64,000 nt of DNA, from assembly GCF_902652985.1 (NCBI RefSeq), contig NC_047029.1:13640001-13704000 (forward strand), written 5' to 3'. The position numbers and the translations under genes were made by a program. The DNA is from Pecten maximus (lineage: Eukaryota). Shown piece by piece: positions 1-12,454 of this stretch. Below the pieces are notes generated by a model. It saw only the letters and a list, made by a program, of their open reading frames with translations. It searched no databases and had not been told where the DNA came from. Every line of letters starts with the position of its first letter. Positions within the stretch are counted from its first letter, which is position 1.

Positions 1-1625
1 ACAGTTTACATCTTGGTAGTTCAAATACAGCGCTATAGGCAGCCATTTTGCGGGTCACTACTGTTAACGATATGAGACGTCGGCTGTGATTGGTGGAACC
101 GAGGTCGCAACAAGCAGCGACAGCCATCGTCTCTATGGCGCGCGGGGTATAAATTTCGGGCATCGTGCGTTTTCCGACAGACTGACAGGACTGGTGAGCC
201 AGTCCACTAAACCTGGTAAGTGCCAGCAGTCTCCGGAACGGGGACACTCTGGTGCCATATGTCCCCATACCACCTTCAACTTCAAACAATTCCTAAGTTA
301 ATTTAATAATAAAAGTAAACACTTAGATTTAGACCCAGTCGCATACGGGTTAGTTATCAACTATGAATTAGGACTGTATTACCTTGGTCCGTAGTAAGCG
401 TGGGGAACGTTAGAATCTAGACACGTGCATATTACAGCGAATATAGGGGTAACAATGCCTAGTTCAGTGAGGATTAAAATACTTTGGTGTATATTTTAAC
501 CGGTAAAGGATGGGTATGATACCGTCCATTGCTCGAGTTAATAATAAAGGCAGTTAGATAATAGCGAAGTCTGTACGCCAAGAGGCAAGCGCGTTGTTTG
601 TCACGTGGTGCTGCGGGATGTACAGTCTTACGTGTATTGTCATTAGTTGGAATATAGTAGGGGTGTGGGAGCGGTGACAGCGCCTGATATGAACGGGTGC
701 CGCGATCTGAGGGTGGCAAGTAGGTTTAGGCTAGCCCTCAGACGTAGAGGGTGCGATTGGTTTTACCTCACATTTCCCAGCTATTATACTTAACTTTAAA
801 TGGTATTAATCTCAAATTATATATACTGTAGCCATATTATTACTGCACTCTGACGGCACGTATAGGCATTAGTTATGGTCTAGATACTTGCTGGGAGCTT
901 TAGGAAGAAAGATGGGGAGACATTACGCTTGAAAATATACAATTGGAACTATACTCTGTAGGGGATTTCTAGGCCAAAGATAGAAGAAGTATTGTTAAGT
1001 TTAGGGATTTATATTATTGTTACATTATATTCGCCGTTACATTATTACTTATAGTTACTCTATTTATATACCGATTTAATAGGAGTTACTTCCCTTGGTT
1101 TGTTAATCATCTCTTTAGGGTTTTATTTCTTTTTGGGAATTTATGTTATTGTTTTATTATACTCACTGTTATATTGTTACCTATAGTTACTCCATTTTTG
1201 GGGACAGATTTAATAACATAGTTACTTCCTTTGCTTTTGTTGATTAAATATTTCGGTTATGTTCCTTGTTTTTCCCATTTAGCCATAATTTAGGTTTATT
1301 CTATTATCGTTATTGTTATTTAGGGCTACTCAAGTAGATTTTTGGGTTTAGTTTGTTGAGTTAATTTACACTATATTTGTTATTGTTATTTTGTTGTTGT
1401 CAATTCCGTGCCTTAAGGGGTTAATTCCCCATTGTTTAGTTTAAAAGAAAGAATTATTTTACTTATATTTTCTATTTATGTTAGGTTATCTCCAGAGCCC
1501 TTACCTTTTGTTATGAAATTTTTACCTTTGTTATAATAAATTATAAAATCTATTTCAATCTTCTGGTTGTACTTTCCAACGTGTCCCGCCGGGATTAGGA
1601 AAAGAACATGGCAGTGGGGAGTAAC
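1..1625 (+). mobile_element. possible LTR-like repeat (truncated by window start)
   Basis: CpG-rich start with TATA-like GGGGTATAAAT (~144-154), GGTAAGT donor (~215), a long T-rich tract, AATAAA (~1535) and no credible ORF. Termini and TSD cannot be confirmed. Confidence 0.3.
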
Positions 1626-1963
1626 GAGGAATGGGTGCGAAAACAGTATACAACAACAACAAAAAAACACAACGCGAAGTCATATTCCACTATACGGAAG
1701 CACCACCCATTCGCCAGGCCTCCCCGCCTGCTACATTTATGCTACACCGGTTTTGGTGGAAATTTCCATTGACTCTGTAATTGGCCAGAATACCCAAACC
1801 AGAGATGTAGCAAGATATCACTATCATACATTACTCGCCATTACATAGCGCATTCACCACGTACGCTTACACATCGGAACCAGTCATGCGTGGACGTGTA
1901 CGCGAGTGAATAGTTGTTGTCCGACAGGTATTGTGACCGTGTTATGTCAGTGTATATACAGAC

Positions 1964-3420
1964 ATGTCAGAAATCCAACGTAATCTGTCGGTTCATTTCT
2001 ATCATAAATATTTACAAGGGTTGACACATGAACATGTGGTTGATGAACTTAAAAAACTGAACATAGAAAATGATATTAATGCTATTCAAATAACAGAAAA
2101 GAGTTGTGTTGTTTCTTGCAAGAATATTGAAACAAAAAACAAACTGTTAGTAAATAACATTGAAATAGATAGGACAACTGTGAAGTTATTTGAAGTAGAA
2201 AAAACGGTTACTAATATAACTGTGAAAGACGCACCCTTTGAACTGAAAGATGACGTTATTGTTACATACATGGCTCAGTTTGGCCAGGTGGTTCAAGGCA
2301 GTGTTCGCCGAGGAAAGATACGGGGTACAGACATTGAAAATGGTACGCGTTATCTCAGTATTATTGGATGTGTACCTACCATCCCGATTCGAAACTCCAT
2401 CGGCCGTTTTGATATACGCGTCTTTGCTGATAACAACAGAACAGAATGCATTCATTGCAATAAAAAAAAACACCCGTCCTATAGATGTCCAAATAAGCCC
2501 GTGCGAATCAAAGAATGTTATGTGTGCAAAAGCCAGAATCATCTAGCCCGTGATTGTCCGGAAAAAGAAGAAAAACTTTGTTATATTTGTAAAAAGAATG
2601 ACCATTTACAAAGGAATTGCCCGACGACGTTATTTGGTGAATACACTAATGACGTACTAGACGGTAGAGAAGACGCGGGAGGTGATCGCGAGACGTCGAA
2701 TGACGTAGAGACAAAAACAGACGAACACCCAGTTAATCAGTCTAAACCGAGTGATATATCGGTGATTCTTGGAGCGTCTAATGTTAAACGTTTATCCATC
2801 CCAGACAAGAATGTAATAGACGGCTCGATTTCTGGTGCGTCACTTGATAAGGTAGACTCTGTCATAAACAGAGCATTATCATTAATTCCTGAGAATACAG
2901 ATATCAAAAACGTCACTCTGTGTCTAGGTACTAACGACATCACCAGAAATATTGGTGATCCAGAGCAGGTCATCTGCAATTTATCTACTGCCCTTGGCAA
3001 AGTACAGGAATCATTTCCTTTTACGGCGATCGGCGTGTGTGGTATCATTCCACGTAAAGGTAGAAGTGAAAGAATAAAGGAGGCAAATGAAACAGCACTC
3101 AGCGTAAATAAATTCGCAAAAAAAATGTGTGAAAAAATGCCTATCTCACTTATGTGGATACCCCAATCGCTTTTCAACGTCAAGGTCATTTTATAAAAGA
3201 AATGTTTGACTCGAATGATTCGGCGGGAGTGCATGTTAGCGATTCTGGTGCAACACAGTTATGGTCGGTGATGCGGAATTTCATCGAAACGACCAGACTC
3301 CAACCACACTTTCCAGAGGGATACGCTACACCTGCAAGCACGCGAAAGAGAACGAACAGTGACAGATCAGCAACACCACAGTCGGCGGAAAGACAGGCGA
3401 GCAAGATGAGTAAAACTTAG
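1964..3420 (+). CDS. LINE ORF1: nucleic-acid-binding N-terminus + 3 CCHC zinc knuckles + SGNH-hydrolase domain (one frameshift at ~3135)
   Basis: Knuckles CIHCNKKKHPSYRC, CYVCKSQNHLARDC and CYICKKNDHLQRNC. SGNH blocks VILGASN, SISGA, LCLGTND and, after restoring one A in GAAAAAATG (3131-3139), DSAGVH in ORF 3154-3420. Confidence 0.85.
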
Positions 3421-3474
3421 AGTTAAATTTATTTACACAGAGGATAATAACATCATTCCTATTGTATTATATCT

Positions 3475-6400
3475 ATGTCGTCTCTTCATATTGCATCCAT
3501 TAATATCAATGGGCTCAGAGATAGAGCTAAAAGACATGGCTTCTTTTTGTGGCTGTCGAAAAAGAAATTTAACATAATAGCTATACAAGAAACTCATTGT
3601 ACAAGTGCGGATGAATACATATGGAGTAAAGAGTGGAAGGATATGGGAGGTGAAAACAGTATATGGAATAATGGTACTTCAGCATCGAAAGGGGTAGCAA
3701 TACTAACAAAAATGACATCTGGTATAAATATTCTTGAATCAAATAGGGACGTAGACGGAAGGCGTCTAGAAATTTGCATTACAAAAGACGATGTTACTCT
3801 ATTTAATGCAATAAATATATACACCCCTAATACATGCGCAGATAGAAAACTCTTCTTTAACAATTTAGGCGATAACACTCCTAAAGCAAACTATATATTT
3901 ATGGGTGATTTTAATTGCACTTTAAATAATGAACTAGATAGAATCCCAACAACGCATATAAATGATCCAACTACACAGGAATTTAAGAACCTTATGGGAA
4001 AATGTGAGCTGAGAGATTTATGGCGTGAACGAAACCCAAAAAACAAGGAATTTACATTTATGAGAGGGAATTCAAAATCAAGAATAGATTTCATCTTGGT
4101 ATCAAATGATATGTATAATGAAATAGTGAATGCAAAGATAATTCCTTGCAGTTTCAGTGATCATAATATGATAACTTCCGAATTCAAATCGAAAAGGTAA
4201 AAGTTGGCCCTGGTACATGGAAAATGAATACCTCTGTTATTGAATCAGACCTATTCAAAAACATGTTCGAAACTTTTTGGTTGCATTGGAAAACAGAACA
4301 AGTTAAGTTTAGTAACATTACGGAGTGGTGGGAAATAACAAAAATAAAGATAAAGGAACTTACAATACATGTGTCAAAAATACTGAATAGGAAAGATAGC
4401 GAAATAAGAAGGAAAGAACACGAACTTGAACAAATGGTCAAATCATGCGATAGTCATAAAGAGCGAATTGTGTCCCTAACTAGCGAAATAAATTCATATT
4501 ACAAACACAAAGCTGAGGGACATAGAATAAGGTCTAGAATTAAACAATTCGAGGAAAATGAAACGTCTTCACGATACTTTTTTAATTTGGAGAAAACAAA
4601 GGCAAAAGAAAAGCTATGGTACAGAATAAAAGCAGAAGATGGTAATTATAAAGATGGTATCTCTGCAATTTTAGATGAGCAAATGAAATTTTATAAAAAA
4701 TTATTCTCATCGGAAGGGTGGGATAGAGAAGCTGCGAATTCACTCCTTGAAAATGTAGATGCTAAATTAACTGACCAACAGAAAGAAGAATTAGAGCTTG
4801 ATATAACTGAAATGGAAATACACAATAGTATTAATCAAATGAAAAAGAATAAGTCTCCGGGTGAGGATGGTATTGTTTCTGAATTTTATCAACATTACTG
4901 GTATCTAATTAAAGAAGAATTTTTAGCGGTTTTAAGAGAAATATTTGCATCAAACAAATTATCTGAATCACAAACAAAAGGCATACTCACTTTATTATAT
5001 AAAAAGGGAGAAAGGGAAATGATTCAAAATTGGAGGCCATTGACTTTGTTAAATGTTGACTACAAAATTATAGCAAAGACTCTTGCTAATAGAATAAAAA
5101 AGTATTTAAAATATATCATACATCCAGATCAGAAAGGATTCGTACCTGGTCGAAACATATCAGATGCCAATAGGCTAATTCAAGATATTTTTGAATTTAC
5201 AGATCGCAAACAATCAGAGGGAGCAGTAATTTTTCTAGATCAAAGTAAAGCATTTGATAGAGTAGAATGGTCATGGGTGAATGAATGCTTGGATTATTTC
5301 AATTTTGGCGCGAAATTTAAAAATTGGATTACAATGCTTTTGAAGGATTCAAAAACATGTATTAAAACCAATGGTTATATCAGTAAATATTTCCAAATAT
5401 CGAGATCAGCGAGACAAGGCTGTCCGATAGCTCCGATTTTGTACATCTTACAAGCGGAACCATTAGCTTGTACAATAAGGAGGAATGAGAACATTAAAGG
5501 TATCGAACTTCCTAATCAAACCGAAACAAAAATAAACATGTTTGCTGATGATACTCAGCTCTTCGTTAGGGACGAACCATCTGTAGTGGAAATATTCCAC
5601 GTATTAGATACCTTTCAACTAGCATCAGGCTCTAAAATCAATTTAGACAAAACTACAGGCATATATTTAGGTAGATGGAAAGATAAAAATCCAATTTATA
5701 CAAACATTGCATGGTCAAGAACTTCTGTTAAAACACTTGGGGTACATCATGGTTACATTATCGATGACAAAACAATTTGGGAGGAGAAAATTAAAAAAAT
5801 CAAAGCATGTGTGCAGGTATGGAAAAGCAGAAACTTAACACTATACGGTAAGAGTCTGGTAATAAAATCCTTAATCATATCGCTTATAGATTACGAAATA
5901 GAAGCTCGCGGTATTCCAGAGAGATATGCTAAAGAAATAGATGCATTAATATGGGGCTTTGTATGGAATGAAAAGAGAGATTTAGTCAATCGTAAGGTCA
6001 TATCTAACCAATATAAAGATGGTGGAATGGAAATTATTAATATTACCGATTACGTTTATAGTAGACATATAAAAACATTATATAAAATAATAAAATGTGA
6101 AAATAGCACATGGAATGCCATTGGTAAATATTGGATTGGGTACAAGGATACAACATACGGAATACAGAATTTTTTATGCAAACTCTCTGACGTTCGAGTT
6201 ATGGACTTATCAAAAATTCCAAGTTTTTACAGAACACTTATAGAAGTGTGGGCAAAATTTCAAAAATCTAGCATCTCTGATTTTAGTAGAAATAAAATTT
6301 TAGAACAGCCTATATTTGGAAATCATTTCATTCAGTACAAAAGGAAGGCTATATTTTTCAATTCCTTTCTAAAGAGTAACATTTTTGCAATCAAAGATTT

Positions 6401-7248
6401 ATGGGACGAGCGTAGAAATAATTTTAAAGGCGATCTTGAAATTTTTAATATGTTAACAGATAAAAGAAACTGTATATCAGAACTGGCAAAATTCAAAATT
6501 GCTTTCCCCATAGAATGGTTAAATATATTGAAAAGAAATGATACTAGAATGATAGAATGTGTATATCCTATAATAGACACTAATCTAGATATAATTGGAA
6601 AAGATGGGAAGCCAATAGCATGTAAAAACCTTAAACCAAAAATGATTACAATTAAAATAAAAGCCGACGAAATTCCAAGATGTAAAGATAAATGGGAATT
6701 TGAATTTGAAAAACAATTTAATTGGGAGTTATTATGGCAAAATATCACAAATACTATTATTACGATGCAAATGAAAGAGTTTCAATGGAAATGTGTCCAC
6801 AATGTACTTTACACTGAATCAAAAATTAGCATGTTTAGTCCTTCAAATGGCAAATGCCATTTCTGTAAAACACATATCGAAAGATATTGTACACCTTTTT
6901 TATGAATGTAACACTGTAAAAAATATTCTGAACATGTGTTCATCACAAATATTAAAACCTATCCCAGAATTTAGAGAAGAAATGTTAACGGTAGAAATTG
7001 TAATTTTGGGATACGAAGAGAATAATAATCTGTCTATACTCCTTAATACTGCTTTAATTGCATACAAATGGACTATTTGGAAATGTCGAAACGATATAAA
7101 ATATAATAGAAATATATTGACTGACGCTTCCATCTTTGAAAAGGTAAAAGCATTATTAGTAAGTAATTTAGAAATGTACATTAAATCTAAGAAAAAGAAA
7201 ATAGTGACGATAAACTATGTTCAGAATGTTTTAAATGCTTTATTATAG
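3475..7248 (+). CDS. LINE ORF2: APE endonuclease - reverse transcriptase - C-terminal zinc-binding motif (frameshifts at ~4187 and ~6881)
   Basis: APE motifs SININGL, IQETH, GDFN, SRIDF, SDH. RT motifs KSPGEDG, WRPLTLLNVDYK, QKGFVPGR, KAFDRV, RQGCP, FADD. C-terminal CHFC..EDIVHLFYEC. Single-A fixes join ORFs 3475-4200, 4224-6905 and 6793-7248. Confidence 0.93.
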
Positions 7249-7267
7249 AAACAACAATTGAACTATA

Positions 7268-7300
7268 GAATGAATGAATGAATGAATGAATGAATGAATG
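7268..7300 (+). repeat. (GAAT)n microsatellite in LINE 3' UTR
   Basis: About 8 direct GAAT units. Confidence 0.9.
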
Positions 7301-7965
7301 CAAGTAATACAAAAATAAATGCATAAATTATCATTAAAAAATTAAAGTAATTAAAAAAATAAGATAAAGAAAAAAGTGCTATGATGATAACCCTGGAGGC
7401 TCTTGGTGCTACGCACCTATAATAAATAACATTATGGTAAATTACAAAATGCATGTGAACAATATATGTGAATGCAATTGAGTATGTAGCATGTGCTTTT
7501 GTGTATTTGTTTGTATGTGTATTGTACGTGTGGTTATGTTTGGAAGCGGGTTAATATGTAAAGTGCATATTGTGTGAATATGTTTTATATGCGTGCGCGT
7601 CCTCTGTGTGTGGCTGAGATTGTTGGTTCGGGTTAGTATGTAAAATGCATATTGTGTGAATATATTTTGTATGCGTGCACGTTCTCTGTGTGTGACTGAG
7701 ATTGTTGATTGAGCAGGTGTGGACTGTATAGGTGAATGTGTTGTGCGTGTGCATGATACCGTGTGTGTGTGTGCGTAATCCTATGTGGGCGTATGTGAGT
7801 GCGTGTATAATTTGGCATAAGGTGCAGGATGATGCGCATAGTATATATTGGAGTATGGAGTGTGCAATAGTTAGAAATGAGAATGTAAGGGAAAAAATCC
7901 AGCAAAATTGAAATGATGAGCCCAACAGTCTGAGCACAAAAAAAAATCAAAAAAAATTTCGGTAT

Positions 7966-8119
7966 AATAAATATTTACGGCCCTAGATGTTGGGTAATAT
8001 GAAGGTTTGTTCACCCTCCGTTCTCATGTTTCCCTCGGGCAAGCCATCGAGAAATATGATACCTTCAGGTAAATAAACCTTCATATTACCCTGCCCCAGG
8101 TCCATAAATAAATGTAATA
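7966..8119. repeat. ~150-bp imperfect palindrome (hairpin end of a non-autonomous element)
   Basis: GGGTAATATGAAGGTTT (7992) is the exact reverse complement of AAACCTTCATATTACCC (8075-8091), and imperfect pairing extends on both sides. Confidence 0.75.
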
Positions 8120-8789
8120 TGATTTTGGGGACTTCTCTTTAACTTTGTGACTTCATGTCCATCTGGAAGGACTTGGACTTGGATATCAGTCTGACAGTGA
8201 TGATCTTACTTTAAAACATTTAATTTCCTTCGGAATGATTTTTTATTATGTATTTATTTGGTCGTGATCGGGTGTTTCAATTGTACTGATAAAATACCGC
8301 CTTGGCACGCACGTTGATCCAGGCCTTATTTCATCTAAAGGAGAACACCTTGTGTTAGATTCTAATTTAATCACCTGATCAAGAATCATTGAACGTAATG
8401 CTGTTACAGATATTCTCTCTTGTAAGTTGTCCAACTGTTTAATAGAAAATGGTTCATTGCATGTGGTGCACTGAGGTTGGTCAACACTCTTTAATAATTA
8501 TTACTGCGCTATATGTAAAGGAAAGCACCAATGACAGCCTTTTCTCGGCGCCAGCCTCTGTAGCAATGATATCTTGCTGTAGAATAATGTGGTACATTTG
8601 ATATATTTCGTATTGATCGCATTCTCTGGGTTCCCGCTAAGACTCTGTAAAACAGGTGGGTAATTAAAATAGAGCATTTCCCTCTGTACGAAACGCCCTC
8701 GTTTTCTTGTAATGAGGCATTTCTTTTCCAACAAAGGCAAACGGTGATTTCATTACATGATTGTTCACTATTACGGATTATACATGGTA

Positions 8790-9420
8790 AAACATACGAC
8801 TAGGGCTCAAAGAAATACACCTATGATGATAGTGAGAATGATTGAATTTCTGATCGACATCTTGAGTTAGGTGTCCACATCTTTCCAACAGAATATTTGT
8901 ATTCACATGAGAACAAACTGTGCTGCTCTGTTGACTTAATTCTCAAGAGGCTGATAACAATGAAGCGCTTATCATAACAGTTAACATAGACCTAGCAATT
9001 CCTTCATTTTACCTGATGATACAGGACACTACAGACTCTTGCACGTCAGACCCTTATCTCGATTTCTACATATTGTGTAACCAGCAAGGGCAGCTTACAA
9101 CTAAGCTGTATGATCAGCGCAAGGATTTCATTTCCAAATAGTTAATTTTCCTTTTCAGGAGAGCAACATTGGTCCCTGCTTACCATAGGTACGCACCTAC
9201 GGTACTTACATGTTGAAGTTCTTTCTATATTAAAGGATGGACTTGTTAGTATGTCACGATTTCTGTGGCAGATGTCGACTAATGAAGAGACGAAGAAATT
9301 AACACCACAATGTTTCTAAATATGGTTGATGAAGATCGTGGTAAAGTTTCATGGTTAACAAGATCTCGTTTAGAAATGTCACATTCCCTTGTTCGATATG
9401 AAGTGAGACGTATTCAATAA
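8790..9420 (+). mobile_element. degenerate Penelope-like element RT relic
   Basis: Broken translation FQQNICIHMRTNCAALL (cf. FQQxxGIPMGTNCAPLL), TKLYDQRKDF, IVNFPFQESNI and TYGTY, with stops and frameshifts. Confidence 0.75.
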
Positions 9421-11610
9421 AAAAAAACAACCTTGTAGTTATGTTATCAATGTCCTAGTTCTCATATTGTTCTAATATTTACACTCAGCACACGCATGCA
9501 TCTCTTTTACAGGGGGAGGTCGTCCATAGATGACCATAGGATGGTACGTTAAGCAATTTTAATCCAAAACAAATATGTTTCAGTTGATAGAAAATAACAA
9601 CATCTTGACGCTAGTATCCTTCGTTTCTTTTATTGATTACTTTTGCGTATACGTAGGATTTCCGTTTAAACAAGTTAAGATTTAACGATGATATATACAT
9701 GAATCATAACTAAACCCTTATCCGAATATTATATATCATTACAATGAATACATTGATAGCTATTGTTTTAGCTAATTAAATTAGTAAACGATACATTGTG
9801 AAATAGATACAGGATTGATTACAATTTTCTGTTGATATCGCATGAATTTATGGTGTAGATCCACTATGTAATGAGAGATATTATAATGTAAGGAAACTTA
9901 AACTGTTAGCTTTTTTCTTCAACGTCCCATTTATCGAGGCTAAATGTCGAGTGTTGTACATTAACTTTGTGTATTGTGTTATGGAAGTGATTGTTTAAGT
10001 GAAAGATTGAAAATTGAATTTGTCATTATATTGTTTGTATGGTTTATGTAATAAAATAAAAAAAAAATAAAAAAATAACAACGTTTTTAAACTGCCGACA
10101 GAATTCATTAAGGACCGCCTACATTATCATGGACAATGCACACCACTCTCAATCAACTATTTAACTCGATCTTTACCTGCAATCTAAAATATTATAACAT
10201 ATACAACACCATTCTATTGCAGTCGACAATCGCGTGGCGTCTGGCCCGGATCCCACTGGGTCATAAAATATGGACGCAAGCATGCACACAGAAAGAGATA
10301 CCGTGAGGGTAGGTGTGTGGGCGTGTGAGGGAGGGTGTACCCTCTTTCATGGTTTGTAGCTTTCAAGTTATTTCCTGGCTACAGTCTTTTGTGCTTTGCC
10401 CAGGCAACACTAACATAACAGTAATACATACAATACTAACAGTTGTATTTATATATCCGTGGTGTCATACCAACCGCCAAAACAGCTACGGAACCACGAC
10501 AATCAACGAAGCTTTCCTTTTGAATGGATATTTATATTCCAGGTTACACATCAAAAGAAAACTGATGCTTCGCAAACTATAACCTGTGTACATCAATTGA
10601 AGGCATTTGAGATCAAAATTTGAAAATTTATAATTTGATATTAGTGTAAACATTTTATAGTGGTGTTTTATCCCGATATACAGGATGAATTAAATCATAC
10701 TGACCTACAAGACAGGATGCTGTAAGTAATTGAAATATAGATGCCATTCCCGCCATACTGTTGTCTTTTATATATATTTCCTGCCAGTAGAACCAGTAGG
10801 AAAAGATATCACCTGAAGTGTTTTATGTTTATGGCGTGCTAATCATATATGTGTCCGAGTTCACCAGTTTCCGTTGTAAGAAATATCAACGCTGTCAAAC
10901 AATCAGAGAATATTGGATGACCTTTGGGTAGCTGCATCTTTAATTACAAACTCACGTGTGCATGGACTGGGTAAAACACAGATAAATGGCATGAACATTT
11001 ATTCGTTAACTTTTATATTAAATTCTAAATATTAACGACTTTGATGTGGTACATATTTAGTAATGCGATATTAGACATACATTCAATTTTAGTACATGAA
11101 AACCAAATAACACAATTACACTCAAAAGGTATCGTACTGATGAAACCTTAAACTTACAAGTTGTTCGGTAAAGATTAAAACTATCTTTGTTTATTTTTGG
11201 AAGGCTTTTTAGGTAGAACAATGTATACTGAATTAACTTTCGAGTATAGGTTGTCAAAGGGTTGTCTCTCTGAATACCAGAATACCAAAACTTCATTGCC
11301 ATGCAGTTTAGTCTCTTTTAAAACAACATGGAAACGAAATCGGTATTCAAACAAAAAAATCGAATAAACGAGGGAAAAAATATAATGATCAGAAATCAAT
11401 ATCTTTCACGGAACTCGTGATAATGGAATCACTAGCCCTGCATATCATATCAAATGGGAGACGCAAATCCCGTAGGTAAAGCATGCAGGGTTGTTGCTAT
11501 AAAGAAATAGAAAATTAACAATCGGGTTTAATTCGTCAAGCGTATCAAACAACTTAGCTGTAACACAGGCGTCTGTTTCTGGTTATTGTAGATATAAAAA
11601 TAAAGTAGGG

Positions 11611-12213
11611 TGGGCTATTCAAATCGCCCCGCGTCCGTTGTCTTTGGTCCGTCCCTCGCTCCGTAAATAGTTCTTGTTATCGCTGGTCCATGATTAAGCA
11701 TATTTCATTTTGGGACCGATTGGAAAACAACATGGCCAACAGGCAGCCATATTGGATTTTTAAAAGTGAAGTTAGTTAGCGTTATTTCTCAAAAAGTAAT
11801 GAAGGGATCTTTCCGAAATTTCATATGTAGATTATCCTTGGTCCCTAGTTATGCATATTTTTTATTTTGGGACAAGTCGACCGACAGACAGCTATCTTGG
11901 ATTTTGACAACTGAAGTTTGTTATCGCTATTTTACAGAGGGTACTGAAGGGAGCTTTCTCAAATGTTATATGAAGGTTCCCCTTGGTCCCTCGTATTGCA
12001 TTTTTGGACCAATCTGAAAACAACATGGCAGACAGCAGCCATTATCGCTAAATCTCAAATTTCATATATAGGTTCCCCTTGTTTGAAAAGTACTGGAGGG
12101 ATGTTTCTTAGTTTACACACATTAGTAAGAGAAGGAAAAAATAGAGATCAATCTGACATGGAACCTATGCAGATTATTCATCGGTGGGCGCAAAGATCCC
12201 TGGGGATATCTTG
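11611..12213 (+). mobile_element. Helentron-associated (HINE/Pearl-like) non-autonomous element, 5' truncated
   Basis: GTCC-type microsatellite near the start, internal tandem units and a 3' end GGTGGGCG..GATCCCTGGGGATATCTTG. Its 3' end recurs inverted at 31140-31268. Confidence 0.65.
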
Positions 12214-12454
12214 ATTAATGATCAAATATTGCTCGTAATCTGTCGCTCGTGAGAAGGAATATCCTGCAGAGAAACCTTTAGCCTTCAGCAGATAATTTAC
12301 ATATTACATCACACGAGGCGTCCGACTTATTGATAGCGGTGCTTGATCACTGACGGAAGCTGACGGTGTCGGAGATATCTGTGTTTCAATACACTTCTAT
12401 TTACCACATTACGTATAATAGGCATTCTGTTATTGAAGACAGATTAAGGGCGAC

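Larger units (their letters stand above)
1850..7956 (+). mobile_element. near full-length non-LTR retrotransposon, L1/Tx1 clade
   Basis: ORF1 (CCHC knuckles) followed by ORF2 (APE endonuclease, RT, C-terminal Cys/His motif), a 3' UTR with (GAAT)n and TG-rich sequence, and an A-rich tail at 7937-7956. 5' boundary approximate. Confidence 0.92.

Noticed and set aside
3131-4200. Programmed ribosomal frameshifting in the LINE
   Set aside because: The shifts fall inside or between domains normally encoded contiguously, and the third shift goes in the opposite direction. Indel error or decay is simpler.
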